A stretch of 53,322 nucleotides of DNA, from positions 1 to 53,322 of the forward strand of contig RBZT01000689.1 of the NCBI GenBank assembly GCA_003693705.1. The letters are read 5' to 3'. Origin of the DNA: Polymyxa betae A26-41. Its lineage: Eukaryota > Protista > Endomyxa: Phytomyxea. Below, piece by piece: positions 11,390-21,435 of the stretch. Every line of letters begins with the position of its first letter. Within the stretch, counting starts at the first letter, position 1. Both the position numbers and the translations under genes were made by a program. The notes under the pieces were generated by a model. The model saw only the letters and a program-made list of their open reading frames with translations. It did no database searches and was not told where the DNA came from.

Positions 11390-12865
11390 ATGCATTATGC
11401 CGCCCTTTTGTTACTGATAGCGGCTGTAGACGGGTCTCTTACATTCCTCAATGGGCCTCTATATAACCGATCCTATACATGCGTCCCCATCACTCGTTTT
11501 GTCGGTCCGCAGGACAACGTAACGGTGTCCGGCGATCTTGTTTTCATCCCAAATTTCGACGCCTGCAATCCCGTAGATCCGGACGGCACGATTCGCGGCA
11601 AAATCATTCTCATCGACGAGGGCGCCTGTAGCGTAGAGAGGATGTACGACCAGCTCGTCGCTCTTGGCATTCTGGCCATTATAGGTAGAATCTCTTTGCG
11701 GCAATCTGAATTCCCGTTAGGGTTTTTAGGGTTTAGGGTTAGGGCTTTCAGTCTCTTTTTAGGTACAGAGCTGAGGACTCCGCCCGGACTAAACTATAAC
11801 CTGCGCGACGGTCACACGCAATCCGACAATATCCTTTACGTTTCCATCACCAAGGATGATGCCATTATGCGAGCGCTGCAGTCCATGCCAGGGATTCGGG
11901 TCGTGCTGGCCCCCGACCCGAACCTCTGGGCCGCTCTGTTCGCGTCCTGGCCTTATGAGCTCTTTGTCCGATGGCTGCCGGCGTTTCTGTTTGCCTTCAG
12001 CTCGGTATTGTCCGTACGGTATCTGTACGGTCATATTCGGGTAACGTTATCCAAGTGTGGAGATGAAGGTGCGGGGGCCACGCGCTCCCGCACCAAGCTG
12101 CTTCGATTCTTCCTTCGTCATATCAACAGCAGTCATGTGGCTCTCTTCTTCCGCAGTATCGCCTCCCCGATTTTGGCGCTGAAATTCGCCCTGGCCGGCA
12201 TTCAATCGACGGCGCGATTATCGGGGTCCGTGCAGCGCGCCCTCACGCATCAGTTCAGCGCGATCACGCTCATGACGATGGTGATGGCGGCGGCCTTGTG
12301 GAATCGAACTCTGCGCCGAATCTCCCCGTCGCAGTCGTACTTGATCCGGCATCTAACGGGCAGGTTCGGGACCGCCATCGGCTACGGTCTCGCGGTCGGC
12401 GGCGAGATTGCGTGGGCCTGGATCTGGGCGACGTACTCGAATCGGAACTGGTCGTGGTTCTGGAAGCTGGACGGCAGTGTAACATTACTTTCCGAGGTCG
12501 TGATCGGGACGCAGTTCATCTGCAGCGCGCTCCGATTCCGTCACGAAATCCGCAAGAACCCGACCAGCTCCGTGACGGCCTACACGGAGCGGATGAGTCG
12601 GATCGGCTGCTGGCTGGGCCTCTCGACGCTCTGTATCGCGATCGGGACCGGTATGGCCGCCTTCTACCCCGGGTTTGGGACGCCGACCGGCTGGGCACTA
12701 ACATGGGCGATCATCTCGATCTGTCACGGAGTTAGCTGCATACTGTTAGTGTTTCTGCTCAAGCCGAAACGCGTGAATCCGACTCGGTACCTCACGACTT
12801 CGTTTCATCCAGCGGGGACACCCGTCACACCAGGCGGAGCGGCCTCTACCAAATTCCCTCAATAA
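11390..12865 (+). CDS. Signal peptide + PA domain + about 7 TM receptor-like protein (copy 2)
   Basis: Likely start is ATG 11390 (MHYAALLLLIAAVDG, signal-like). PA-domain motif DACNP...IRGKIILIDEGACS is followed by about 7 hydrophobic helices. A probable in-frame 78-nt intron (11685-11762) sits at the same position and phase as intron 1 of copy 1. Confidence 0.85.
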   Translation: MHYAALLLLIAAVDGSLTFLNGPLYNRSYTCVPITRFVGPQDNVTVSGDLVFIPNFDACNPVDPDGTIRGKIILIDEGACSVERMYDQLVALGILAIIGRISLRQSEFPLGFLGFRVRAFSLFLGTELRTPPGLNYNLRDGHTQSDNILYVSITKDDAIMRALQSMPGIRVVLAPDPNLWAALFASWPYELFVRWLPAFLFAFSSVLSVRYLYGHIRVTLSKCGDEGAGATRSRTKLLRFFLRHINSSHVALFFRSIASPILALKFALAGIQSTARLSGSVQRALTHQFSAITLMTMVMAAALWNRTLRRISPSQSYLIRHLTGRFGTAIGYGLAVGGEIAWAWIWATYSNRNWSWFWKLDGSVTLLSEVVIGTQFICSALRFRHEIRKNPTSSVTAYTERMSRIGCWLGLSTLCIAIGTGMAAFYPGFGTPTGWALTWAIISICHGVSCILLVFLLKPKRVNPTRYLTTSFHPAGTPVTPGGAASTKFPQ

Positions 12866-13976
12866 TGGTTGCAGATTGCATTGTTTATTCGCTCGTGGTG
12901 GCCGCGCTGAAACCCTAGTGCAGTGCTGTAACGTATCGTAAGAGTCGCGATAACAAATGAGAAATCATTTATTGATTGTTCACAATAAATAACAGAGGCG
13001 CCCAGGTTAATAGATTCAATCAACCTTGAATGCCGCCGTCTTCTTGAACCTTGGAGGCATCGCTCACGCTTGTCTATCATTAGCCGTAACAAACTTCACC
13101 CGATCGTTCACCGCCAACGGTTCGCGCACTTTCTTGGCGCTCGGTGACTATCTGTATGAAAGGCCACACAGTTCGAGCAGAGTGTTTTTGTCTCTCCAAA
13201 ATATGTGAAAGCCGCCGAGTTGAGGCTCAACTCGGTGCTCTCTCTAATGAAGCTGCCCTGTGGCGATTCCTCTTCGTCGTTGCCGTTTTAACACTTTATC
13301 GGCTTCACGGATATCAGAGAGTCGCCAATCTCGGGTTCGTTCATTGTAAACCCTTTCATCGCTACGCCAATCGTTTGCGTAGAAACCCTAGGTTCAGGTC
13401 TCCGACTTTCTGAAAACATAATCTCGCACTCTGGACAACTTCTGAGATACAAGATTCGTATAGTCGTCTGAGGCTGTGTACGACTTATGATCAGAATCGA
13501 GAAGGATGATGAAGTTAGGGTTAGGATTAGGGGGTCACCATCGCCCAATCTCTGTGCGCGCTGTTTGCTGTCGATTGGACAAGTTGGCGATCGCATCATG
13601 TTATGTAAAAGATTAAACTTCATTTAGGAATCAAACTAATCGCGTTCATGTTCGAGGCTCTGTTTGCGCTCAATTATACTGGTTAAGTACCATCACATCA
13701 TGATTAAGAAACGGAACAGCGAGCACGGACTTCCAAAACAAAATCGCAGAATTGAGAAATTCAAGCCAAGCGCTACGAATCACAAACAAGCTCTCTGGAA
13801 AGTAATAAATCAGAATCCTGTTCGGCCATGATGTGATATTTACATCAACGTTACCGTCCGATGCGAACATGTGGTAACGAAATAGGACGGGAATCACCCA
13901 GCCGACATCCGCCGACTGCCTCATTCTGGACCAGATCGAGAATCAACTTCCACTGCTGCATTGTCGATCATCATCA

Positions 13977-14553
13977 ATGGCATCGGACTCCTCCAGATCG
14001 ACATCGCCTGGGACAGTACGGCCGTCCGCCGCTGAACAACAACAATCGGTGCCATCGCTGCCGTATCCCAGTTATCCTGGCGGTGTGCGCCGCGGTCTGA
14101 TCAAGGCCGCCGGGTACTGGTGCCGAACCTGCCATTGCGGATTCCGCGATCTCGAGGCCGTGCTGGTCCATATCCGGCAGGTGCACTGTCAAGAGGGGGG
14201 TGGCGGCCTCCCGGCCGTAACAGCCAGCTATCAAAGTGAGCAAAAGGTTGCGCTCGGTAACATTAAAACCCTTGCCGCAATTTTTCCGTTGATTTTTCAT
14301 TCGATTTCTTGATATCGTCTTGGTGTTGATGATGGCTGCTCTTTGTATGACCGGAATCGTGATAGGGCCAGTACCGCCGCCGCAGACATCGCAGCAGTAC
14401 AGAAACGTGACGCCACTGGCGCCAGTCCGCGGCGGAGTGAGCGTTTGGGAGCAGCTGCGTCAGACCCCGGTCCCAGATCTCACGGGAATTCCGCTCCTGA
14501 ACCTCCCGGATATCGACCTCGACCAGATGTCCGTCGACGAATACCTGGGCTAG
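13977..14553 (+). CDS. Small C2H2-type zinc-finger protein with acidic C-terminal motif (2 exons)
   Basis: Exons 13977-14235 and 14366-14553 are in frame. Contains GYWCRTCHCGFRDLEAVLVHIRQVH. The C-terminus QLRQTPVPDLTGIPLLNLPDIDLD is shared with the gene at 49663-50995. Confidence 0.7.
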
Positions 14554-15237
14554 TACGGCCTCCGTAATACACCTTTTGCCGATGAGAAAATAGGAAATTT
14601 CGCTCTCGCATTGTTATTATGTGGTTGTGCGACGGATCGAGTCGCGGTAGGGCGAATTTCCCTCAGCGGAGAGCGTCACGGATCTGATGGTCGTTTTGAG
14701 AAACGTAAGCCACGTGTAGATAAAGCCGGTAACAAAATATCTGGGCTCCATCACCCCCTCGGTATCATCATGTTTCACAATCAGAGCCTCCCAGAGCCAT
14801 TTTCCCATCAAAACTGCGCGGCCTCTCAACTGCACCAAATTCAACCCTTCGAAATCCATCCTCTCCCGACGCGCGATGTGATGGTCGCGGACAGCTGAAA
14901 TCTATGCAATGCAAGATCCTGTCCGATTGGATTGGAATGTACTAGTTATTGTGCCTTTCAGAAAGGTGGGCGGCACGTTAACCCTAGTGCGGGGCACAGA
15001 CGCGAAGGTCCGTGTCCGAAAGGTTTTGCCCTGCCGATATTTTGGAAAATTTTTACAAAACGTTCTTGCAATATTGTTTAATTTTTGACTTTTTACCGTC
15101 ACGGACACCTATATTTGGCGGATACTATCTCACCCTTCCCTCTATGCCTATGGGTCCCCGACCCCAGTCTATTGGCGACCTGACTGAAATATGCGTAAAC
15201 AAAGTAAAAAAAGTTTGGTTTTACTGATCGAAGTACT

Positions 15238-17460
15238 CTAGTTTGCATTCATTGCAGATAGAGCAGGACATTGTCCAGTATGTCCAGGACAGTAATTGTG
15301 TTGAAATTGATAATGATCAATATGAGGTCCAAATATATGAGAGAAATAATTGACATCATTTTTACAATGGTGTTCAAGACAGTATAATATTGGATTTAGA
15401 GAATCTCGGCGGTATTCTCTCAGATCAGGTGAATGAATCAGATTCCGCCGCTTCTTCAGGTAAATATTCACTCGCTGAATACACTCCAGCATGAGCTTCT
15501 GTGAAAAACTTGAACACAGTAAAACCGATCGTTTCAAAGAATATCTTAATAGACAATGAGTAAGTCCGTCTCTATCACAAACTAGCTGTGATATGATGGA
15601 ATATTTCATATCGTCACTGACAATAAGAGTCTCAAATCCGCACTGTTTACTCTTGCCTTTGTGCCTTGAGCAAAGCGTCCGAAAATCAGAATGCATAAAC
15701 GGATTTCCCCATCGACATAGAAAAGTCCGAAGATCATTCTGACAGCATATTCGAACACATGAAAGTACAGAGTAACATGTTTGCCGCAGCCAAACTCCAC
15801 AGCCTTCACGTTTCAGGTTCAGTGTCCGGTCGGTAATCTTGGCCCGACCTATTCTTAGACATAAACTGACCTCCAATATTAACTTCTGTAACATGGTCTT
15901 TGAAGCCGCTACGCGGCTGGTGTTAGTTGGTTCATATGAGCGCAGCCACCGTGAGGTGCTGGGTTCGAATCAAGGTCAAGAATGGGTTTTTTGATCATAT
16001 ACATCATCCCAAAGCGGTACCAATTTGTGAAGTTAGAGGGGTACGTGGTGCGACTCCCTGTATGGATTGGTCCTGTGACTACCCTATTCACATTGGCAGG
16101 TCTGTACTCACTTCTACAAGTGCTCTTAGAGGCCGTTGGACATTGGCAAACCCTTCATACAAGTTGCCAGGATTTGGCAAGCCGCGAGCAAGCTCCCCTG
16201 ATGGTTGAACTGCATTTCGACATGGTCAGGCGCCCCAGTGACTGAGTCCCATCAAGGTCACCGTATCCAAGAAAGGCGAAATCTCTATGCTATGTTACTT
16301 CAAAACATATGAACTCGACAATTCCGTGAGGGGTCGGGCCCAGCGCAAGGGTTAATGCGTCGCCTACCTCACTCATATCTAAATATGGGTGTAATAAATA
16401 GATAAATCCAATCCAATCCATTCTATCCAACGTGGTCTTTGAAGTTGAGATTTCCGAGGTTTCGGTCAATATGAGCTGATTACCGAGAGCTTTGATAATA
16501 ATGGGGTCTTTGGCAGCGTGTTTGTTGCCATTTGATGGGAACAATATGTTTGAATCAGTAACAAACGCGGTCTCGTCATCATCAGGCTGCTTTCTCTGAA
16601 TGACAGATTCAGTGTGAGATTCCCCATTTAATATGAATAAACCTCAACAGAAAAGCACACAGAGTAGTGTAGTCTGTGATCTTCTCCACACCAAAATCAA
16701 ACCATGTAAAAAAATCAGACAGCACGCTAAACATTGGCAGAACGAAATCCGTTGGTGGTGAACTAAATTTCAACCGTTTTTGGGAGGGATTTTCGTCATC
16801 CTGTAGAGCAGGAGGGTCCATACAGATGAGAGAGCTATCTCGGACCTGATTCATAGACGTTCCGCAGCTGACAGTTTCAATCGGCATTCATTTCCGGAAC
16901 ATTTCTTATGGAGACTCCAATGATTGAAGGGATTCCCCCAGAGAGTTTGAGACCTTCGGAGGTCTTTCCGACAGCATCGCATGATACATCGCAGGACAGG
17001 ACGACACACCCCATACAGGAAATTCCGGATTTTCCGATCAACCGTCTTCCAAGCCCATTCATATTTCAGGGAGGCTCAGATCAATTTCCGGTACAGATTC
17101 GCAATCAGAATCAGCTTTTGTAATGTGCTCTTAGCAGAACGGATTCGCTTGATTTCGCTCACATCCAGATCATGTCCTTTCACATTGATAACAGCATGAC
17201 AATTGATCTTGGAGCATTGACCAGCATCATCTGAAGAGAGAGAGTGAAGTTCTTCTTTAATCTAATATACAGTCAATATCGAGCAAGACAAAAGGGCTCA
17301 CTAAATTTCACCAGAAACTTGCAGAGACTGTTATAATCATTAATATCAGTCACATCATGATTGAAGGAATACAGAAGGTCGGTTGGCGATGATGTCTCGT
17401 CAATACGAAGACGCTTCCGGGAGATAATCCCAGCTGGTTCATCATTTTGATTTGAGAATC
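15238..17460 (-). pseudogene. Long degenerate minus-strand coding remnant of unidentified family (probably TE-derived)
   Basis: Chain of same-strand ORF fragments (15238-15894, 15909-16091, 16290-16544, 16609-16887) with a Cys/His-rich end. Has a paralogous fragment at 7.3-7.9 kb. Confidence 0.45.
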
Positions 17461-18692
17461 TCAGAGATTTCTAAAACATGAAACTTGATAAGGAAACATT
17501 ACATTGATAGTTTCCTGAATAGGAGATTTGTTCCAGAGAGTCTGTAGCATTACTAAGCCCATGAATGAATGAAGCGAAGCTTTCGATAGACTCAGTATCA
17601 GGAAGGGAGTTGCTCGGCCAAACATAATCAGGCAAATGGAGTCTGAACCTCGGACTATAATACAGTAGATTCTCTTATACAATTATTTAACGAATTTCTC
17701 TGAGAACTGACAAGCCTGGATTCCGTCGATATCCGTTCAACTACAAATAACTGTTATTCTTATTTTAAGTACTGATAAACATTTTCAAAATCAGATAGGT
17801 ATTCCCAAGAATTTCCAGTTTAACAAATTATTTAGTGAAACGTTTTGTCTTCGAATTAATATTTCGTGAATGGCTTCGCCGAACAAATTTCGAACCTTTG
17901 AGCTTGATACCTGTCTGTTTCTGTGGTGAACGTTTCAATCTTAACGTTTTCTCTTCTTGACTTATATTGCGCTTTTGCTCTAATTTCACAAAAGAATCGT
18001 GATTCGTTTGAAGTTGGAGGCAGCTTTGGATGGTGACCTTGACGAGCTTGTTATGAAACGGAGCGGCACATTCCAAATGCATCGCTTTCAGTTTTGTTCA
18101 CTTAATTGTGACTGACGCTGAATGAGAAGGGGCCTTGATCTCTGATATCGTTCGTTCGCAATTGAAAACTCATCAACGAGAGTCATGGAGAGAAACCTCC
18201 CTATCACCTGCGAATTGATGCCAATGCCGATATGAAGTGCTTTCAGCGATATCATAATACAAGCCCAGGTGCTTTTACCCCACCTGCAGAGAGAAGTTCC
18301 CGCTTGCAGGGTTCTCTTATAAAACACAGTCCAAAGCACAAAAACTCTTCCAAGGCTCTTTGTCGCGAAAACTGTTCTAAACAAAGTCGCCGCCAAAACG
18401 AAAGAATAATAAGTGAGTATTGAATTTTTCAGTTCAAGCCAGGAATAAACAGAGATAAATAGGATCACGCAGTGTTCCGTTTGCGAGAACTTCACAATAA
18501 TCTGCACGCACATTTTTACTTTTCGGAACAGGGTAGAATTAGCCAGCGGCATTTCTGGCAGCGCGCAGTTATCATATTCTGCAACAGACTGGCAGCGACG
18601 CCATTTTCAAGACAAAAAACTGCGACTGTCCTGGAATTTCCGAACCGCTTGAATTGTCATTTTAGGGACTTTCTATCTGCGACATCATCATC

Positions 18693-19853
18693 ATGGTGGT
18701 CATATTCGACTGCCTCCCGGATGATATCATCCAGCAGATCATCGACGAAGTACAGGATGTGGAAACCCTAGGTCAGCTGTCCGTTACGTGTCACCGATTG
18801 CATTATCTCTGTCATATCCCGTATCTAACACAGAGTCTATTCGGCGCCCTCGTCCCCATCGCTGACATCCGTCTTCCTCCTCTCATCCATCAGCTCGCAT
18901 TCGAACTCCGTATTGCCCCGCCTGAACTCCGTCACCACTGCGCCATCACGCTCGAGGACGCCACCGGCTTGTTCGACCAGCTCACTATGAGCCATCAGCT
19001 GTTAACCGCCACCAAGATCGAATGCGTCCGGGCTCTGATTCCGTACTTCCACGCCTTCACGGACATCGTACTGGCTCCGGATTACGATCGCTGCCCCCGG
19101 GACCTGATAGCCAGGCTTGCCGACCTTCGAACTGTGCCCGATCCCGCCCTCGGCATTCCGGATTGCGTGACCCAGGCCGTACGGGCCTTCTCGATGCCCG
19201 CGGACACGAAGGGCTACACCGGGTCCACCGTCAACCGTGTGCGGCGACATTATCGGCCGCCGTTCGACCGCGTGTTCCCGCATAACGGGGCGATGGCCGC
19301 GCACATCTGCGCTTGTCACGGCGCGAGTCTGGGGCAGTACGCCGTCGTACTGGCTCTGCAACGGAACGGAATCCGGTTCGAGCTGTTCGATTTCGTCGCA
19401 CATGTCCAGTTCGACGCGGCCCGCTCGCGGCTGTTCCTGCCGCTGCTGTACTGGCCCAGGCCGGCGGCCTGCGCCTACCAGCTCGTCGTCTGGTACATCT
19501 CGCGCGGCCGCCTGGATCACGCCAAGGCCCTGTTCGGATGCCGGCGGTTCTGTCAGCAAGTCCGTGCGGACCCGATCGGATTTCTCGACTATCTGACGAA
19601 AATCGAGAACGTTGATCTGGGCGAGTTCCTGAACTACTTCGTGACGAATCCGTTCATGGAAGAGTTGGTGTCCAGGACCGATCCGAGACGTGATCATTGC
19701 CGTGCACTGTTACATCTGGCTATTATTATGAATGAGTTCCGAACTGGGATTGTTGTAATGAAACTTCCAGGTCTAGATGTTATCCATGGCCTACCACCAT
19801 CTCAATCAAGTGTATTAGATTTATTACAAAATAATAGACGGAGATTTTACTGA
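18693..19853 (+). CDS. F-box-like protein with degenerate C-terminal ankyrin-like repeat (copy 1)
   Basis: 386-aa intronless GC-rich ORF. N-terminal FDCLPDDIIQQIIDEVQDVETLGQLSVTCHRLHYL fits the F-box consensus. C-terminal ALLHLAIIMNE is ankyrin-like. AATAAA lies just after the stop. Confidence 0.8.
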   Translation: MVVIFDCLPDDIIQQIIDEVQDVETLGQLSVTCHRLHYLCHIPYLTQSLFGALVPIADIRLPPLIHQLAFELRIAPPELRHHCAITLEDATGLFDQLTMSHQLLTATKIECVRALIPYFHAFTDIVLAPDYDRCPRDLIARLADLRTVPDPALGIPDCVTQAVRAFSMPADTKGYTGSTVNRVRRHYRPPFDRVFPHNGAMAAHICACHGASLGQYAVVLALQRNGIRFELFDFVAHVQFDAARSRLFLPLLYWPRPAACAYQLVVWYISRGRLDHAKALFGCRRFCQQVRADPIGFLDYLTKIENVDLGEFLNYFVTNPFMEELVSRTDPRRDHCRALLHLAIIMNEFRTGIVVMKLPGLDVIHGLPPSQSSVLDLLQNNRRRFY

Positions 19854-19869
19854 TATCTCCGACATCAAT

Positions 19870-20042
19870 AAATTTTTAGTTTTCGTAGACTTCCCTTAGT
19901 TGGTTGTTTGTTTATTCGGGTTGTTACGTCGTTAATTAGGTGATGTAGGGGAAACAAATTTTTAGTTTTCGTAGACTTCCCTTAGTTGGTTGTTTGTTTA
20001 TTCGGGTTGTTACGTCGTTAATTAGGTGATGTAGGGGAAACA
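19870..20042. repeat. Perfect 86-bp tandem duplication
   Basis: AAATTTTTAGTTTTCGTAGACTTCCC...GTAGGGGAAAC starts at both 19870 and 19956. Confidence 0.95.
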
Positions 20043-20309
20043 TTTTCCTCTTGTGCAGGTGCTGCGAGAACGGCAGCTCGCACCCTGATTTTCACGAATA
20101 AATTTGTGAAATGCCATTGCAGTGGATTTTGTAATTGCAATACCACAAGATTCATGCTGGATATGCACCGAGACGATGCAATTTGTATTTCTATGGCTTT
20201 GAAAAGCCTTGACTGAAAAAAGATCTTTGTAAGGAGACTTCATTGTGTCTCTTGTCTGCAGAGAAAATGATTTAACATTAAAGTCATTGCGATTTGAGTC
20301 TGAATAAGA

Positions 20310-20334
20310 TCTCTCTCTCTCTCTCTCTCTCTCT
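20310..20334. repeat. (CT)n microsatellite
   Basis: About 12 CT units, read directly. Confidence 0.95.
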
Positions 20335-21126
20335 GTCAGCAACTTCAAGACTTCGTTGCAGTCCAAACATCAATTGTATCCAGTCCTGTCAGAAACATCT
20401 TGTTGTATCATCACTTTGTCGTCCTGTTGAGGTTCATAACTATAACGCACTATCAAATCGTACTAATGATGATATAAGGGACGTCGGCCTGCATGCTGAG
20501 CCGCACTTGAACCAATCGGTTCAAAACTGTCCTCTTCTCAATAAAAGCAATTTCGCAACTTTGAGAAAAAAGAACGGCATTGATATCATCGAAGTTAACA
20601 GGAGACTGCGGTCAAAACTTTCCTCTTCACAAAAGAAGCCAATTCGCAGAATTTACAGAGAAGAACGGCATTAATATCTTTCAGGAATCCGGGACTGGGT
20701 TTCTGAAAACCCTAATGTACGAAGGAGCAACGAGTCACCGAGTCTGGAACTTTCCAGAACTGAGAAGGTCAAGTGGGAAGAATGATGATTCAGCACTGAC
20801 CTCTTCGTGTGTGACGCGGTGAATCTGGAATAGAGCTCATTTATGAGTCTGAACCAGACGATGGAGTCCGAGATCAGGTCCGTCAGTCGGAGACCATCCC
20901 TGCCGTTGGATCAGGCCGATCTCAGTGTCATTGTCACCAGTGTCGAAGACGATCCCGGCGTACTGGAATCGAACCAGTCCGAGACTCAAGATCAAGACGA
21001 CGCCGAATCCGATCCGTTTCAGGCCGTCGTCTGGGCCGCAGTTCTGTAGCGTGAACAATCCTTCAAATATCTCAACCTATAGAGTTTTAATAACATCCAC
21101 GCATGAAATAAACTTGCAGCCTCACG

Positions 21127-21178
21127 TACCTCCGATCAGGAAGCGGGTTCGAATCTCGATCGAGGTATTATTTTTTTT
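21127..21178 (+). ncRNA. Mini tRNA-like element (acceptor-like stem + T-arm only) with oligo-T terminator
   Basis: TACCTC(C)GAT ... CGGG-TTCGAAT-CTCG ... ATCGAGGTA, with a B-box-like GGTTCGAATC, followed by T8 at 21171-21178. D and anticodon arms are absent. Confidence 0.4.
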
Positions 21179-21251
21179 GCAGCTCGCAGGTGAGCGAGTT
21201 CTTTCCTTTGTGGCTTCAGTGGACAACACGAAAAGATTCCATGAGAAGAGT

Positions 21252-21356
21252 GTCCTCATAGTTCCTGTGGTGGCTGCGGCCTTCGTTACCTACAGTTAGC
21301 GAAGCAATTCTGGGCCGGCCTCCACGAGGGTCGGGGTTCGAATCCCGTTCAGGGCA
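21252..21356 (+). tRNA. tRNA-like gene or pseudogene (possibly intron-containing, or tRNA-derived SINE); anticodon ambiguous
   Basis: Acceptor stem GTCCTCA/TCAGGGC+A (6 of 7 pairs), A-box-like TAGTTCCTGTGG, stem CCTTCGT/ACGAGGG enclosing 37 nt, B-box GGTTCGAATCC, and T7 run at 21361-21367. The T-stem is imperfect. Confidence 0.5.
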
Positions 21357-21435
21357 TTCGTTTTTTTGCGCGCGGCTTCTTTTTGGACTTAAGTTGGTGG
21401 ACGACCCCGAGCCTTGTCGTGAACAAAACGTCCCC

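Noticed and set aside
11390-12865. Signal peptide peptidase-like (SPPL) assignment for the PA-TM genes
   Set aside because: No membrane-embedded YD, GxGD or PAL motifs.
15960-15972. Isolated GGTTCGAATC B-box-like sequence
   Set aside because: No flanking stems, A-box or T-run; lies inside a coding remnant.
19002-19697. 231-aa minus-strand ORF (and the 297-aa ORF 21739-22632)
   Set aside because: Antisense shadows of the GC-rich F-box-like genes; no motifs.
20050-20700. Possible second MULE remnant on the minus strand (CRP, ADRER fragments)
   Set aside because: Motifs are too short, and one overlaps the CT microsatellite.
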